Positions 48,013 to 49,248 of a DNA stretch of 49,248 nt are shown one piece after another. Under the pieces are notes generated by a model. It was not told the origin of the DNA and made no database searches. It worked only from the letters and a program-made list of their open reading frames with translations. A program made the position numbers and the translations under genes. The DNA is from a virus (taxonomy: Duplodnaviria; Heunggongvirae; Uroviricota; Caudoviricetes), in IMG/VR virus record IMGVR_UViG_2734482538_000012. One strand, 5' to 3'. Each line of letters begins with the position of its first letter. Position 1 is the first letter of the stretch.

Positions 48013-49248
48013 ATGTCTAAATTACCAACAGGTGTCGAGATTCGAGGTAAATACATTCGCATCTGGTTCATGTTTCGAGGAAAACGATGTCGGGAAACAT
48101 TGAAAGGCTGGGAGGTTACTAACAGTAACATTAAAAAAGCCGGGAATTTAAGAGCGTTGATAGTTCATGAAATCAATTCCGGTGAGTTTGAGTATTTAAG
48201 ACGTTTTCCCCAGTCCAGCACTGGGGCAAAAATGGTGACAACGAGGGTCATAAAAACGTTCGGGGAGCTTTGTGATATCTGGACAAAAATTAAAGAAACA
48301 GAGTTAACAACAAACACAATGAAGAAAACGAAATCACAATTAAAAACACTCAGGATAATAATTTGTGAGAGTACTCCGATATCGCATATTCGTTATAGCG
48401 ATATCTTAAACTACCGGAATGAACTGCTGCATGGAGAAACGCTTTACCTGGATAATCCAAGATCCAACAAAAAAGGAAGAACCGTGCGCACAGTTGATAA
48501 CTATATCGCCCTGCTCTGTTCGTTGTTACGTTTTGCGTATCAGTCGGGATTTATATCAACCAAACCATTTGAAGGAGTAAAGAAATTACAGAGAAACAGA
48601 ATAAAGCCTGACCCGTTATCTAAAACAGAATTCAATGCATTAATGGAAAGTGAAAAAGGACAGAGCCAGAACTTGTGGAAATTTGCCGTATACTCCGGGC
48701 TTCGTCACGGGGAACTGGCTGCTCTGGCGTGGGAGGATGTGGATTTCGAGAAGGGAGTTGTGAATGTCAGAAGAAACCTGACGATACTGGATATGTTCGG
48801 TCCCCCAAAAACAAATGCGGGGATCCGGACGGTAACACTACTGCAGCCTGCTCTTGAAGCACTGAAGGAGCAATACAAACTGACCGGGCATCATCGCAAA
48901 AGCGAAATCACTTTTTATCATCGGGAGTACGGCAGAACCGAAAAGCAAAAACTGCATTTTGTTTTCATGCCCAGAGTGTGTAACGGAAAACAGAAACCTT
49001 ATTACTCGGTAAGCAGTTTGGGTGCGAGATGGAATGCAGCAGTAAAACGTGCTGGTATTCGCCGCCGTAATCCGTACCATACGCGGCATACTTTTGCCTG
49101 CTGGCTGTTGACGGCAGGAGCGAACCCGGCGTTTATAGCCAGCCAGATGGGGCATGAAACTGCGCAGATGGTGTATGAAATTTACGGTATGTGGATTGAT
49201 GACATGAACGACGAACAGGTAGCCATGTTGAATGCGCGGTTATCGTAG
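48013..49248 (+). CDS. intR: Tyrosine-type site-specific integrase
   Basis: 411 aa; C-terminal catalytic region with conserved R...H.xR...Y residues (RHGELAALAWEDV; HTRHTFACWLL; YGMW); terminal gene of the xis/int module. Confidence 0.9.
   Translation: MSKLPTGVEIRGKYIRIWFMFRGKRCRETLKGWEVTNSNIKKAGNLRALIVHEINSGEFEYLRRFPQSSTGAKMVTTRVIKTFGELCDIWTKIKETELTTNTMKKTKSQLKTLRIIICESTPISHIRYSDILNYRNELLHGETLYLDNPRSNKKGRTVRTVDNYIALLCSLLRFAYQSGFISTKPFEGVKKLQRNRIKPDPLSKTEFNALMESEKGQSQNLWKFAVYSGLRHGELAALAWEDVDFEKGVVNVRRNLTILDMFGPPKTNAGIRTVTLLQPALEALKEQYKLTGHHRKSEITFYHREYGRTEKQKLHFVFMPRVCNGKQKPYYSVSSLGARWNAAVKRAGIRRRNPYHTRHTFACWLLTAGANPAFIASQMGHETAQMVYEIYGMWIDDMNDEQVAMLNARLS

Noticed and set aside
1-49248. CRISPR arrays
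   Set aside because: No series of short regularly spaced direct repeats with unique spacers was seen; the only tandem repeats are in-frame coding repeats in the tail fibre gene and the gap-flanking duplication in J.

Overview
The window is a near-complete lambdoid prophage of the Rac type, in the opposite orientation to E. coli K-12 Rac; identifications rest on reading the ORF translations and on recalled protein sequences, since no searches could be run. Minus strand, left to right: tail fibre assembly and side tail fibre (213-3757), lom, host-specificity J, lambda-like tail genes I/K/L/M/H and G/GT (with a visible -1 frameshift site), major tail and head-tail joining genes, capsid, scaffold, Mu-F-like head morphogenesis, portal and terminase (to about 25 kb). 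Then a ParB-like/unknown gene pair, the trkG potassium-transporter moron, a phage-21-type lysis cassette, two TolA-domain-III-like lipoproteins, Q and nin-region genes, an AT-rich accessory island (33.5-37.4 kb), and replication genes ydaW/V/U. Plus strand from 41 kb: racR immunity region, kilR, ydaE, racC, recE, recT, ralR, ydaC, xis and int, which ends at the window edge. No att sites, tRNA genes or CRISPR arrays were found. Three N-runs (3998-4237, 6113-6430, 7388-7638) are assembly gaps that break lom and J. The most interesting candidate is a two-gene AT-rich cassette (35313-37352) encoding a HEPN-motif protein and a GNAT-like protein, followed by the TolA-III mimic lipoproteins. Coordinates for features not in the ORF track were read by eye and may be off by a few bases.
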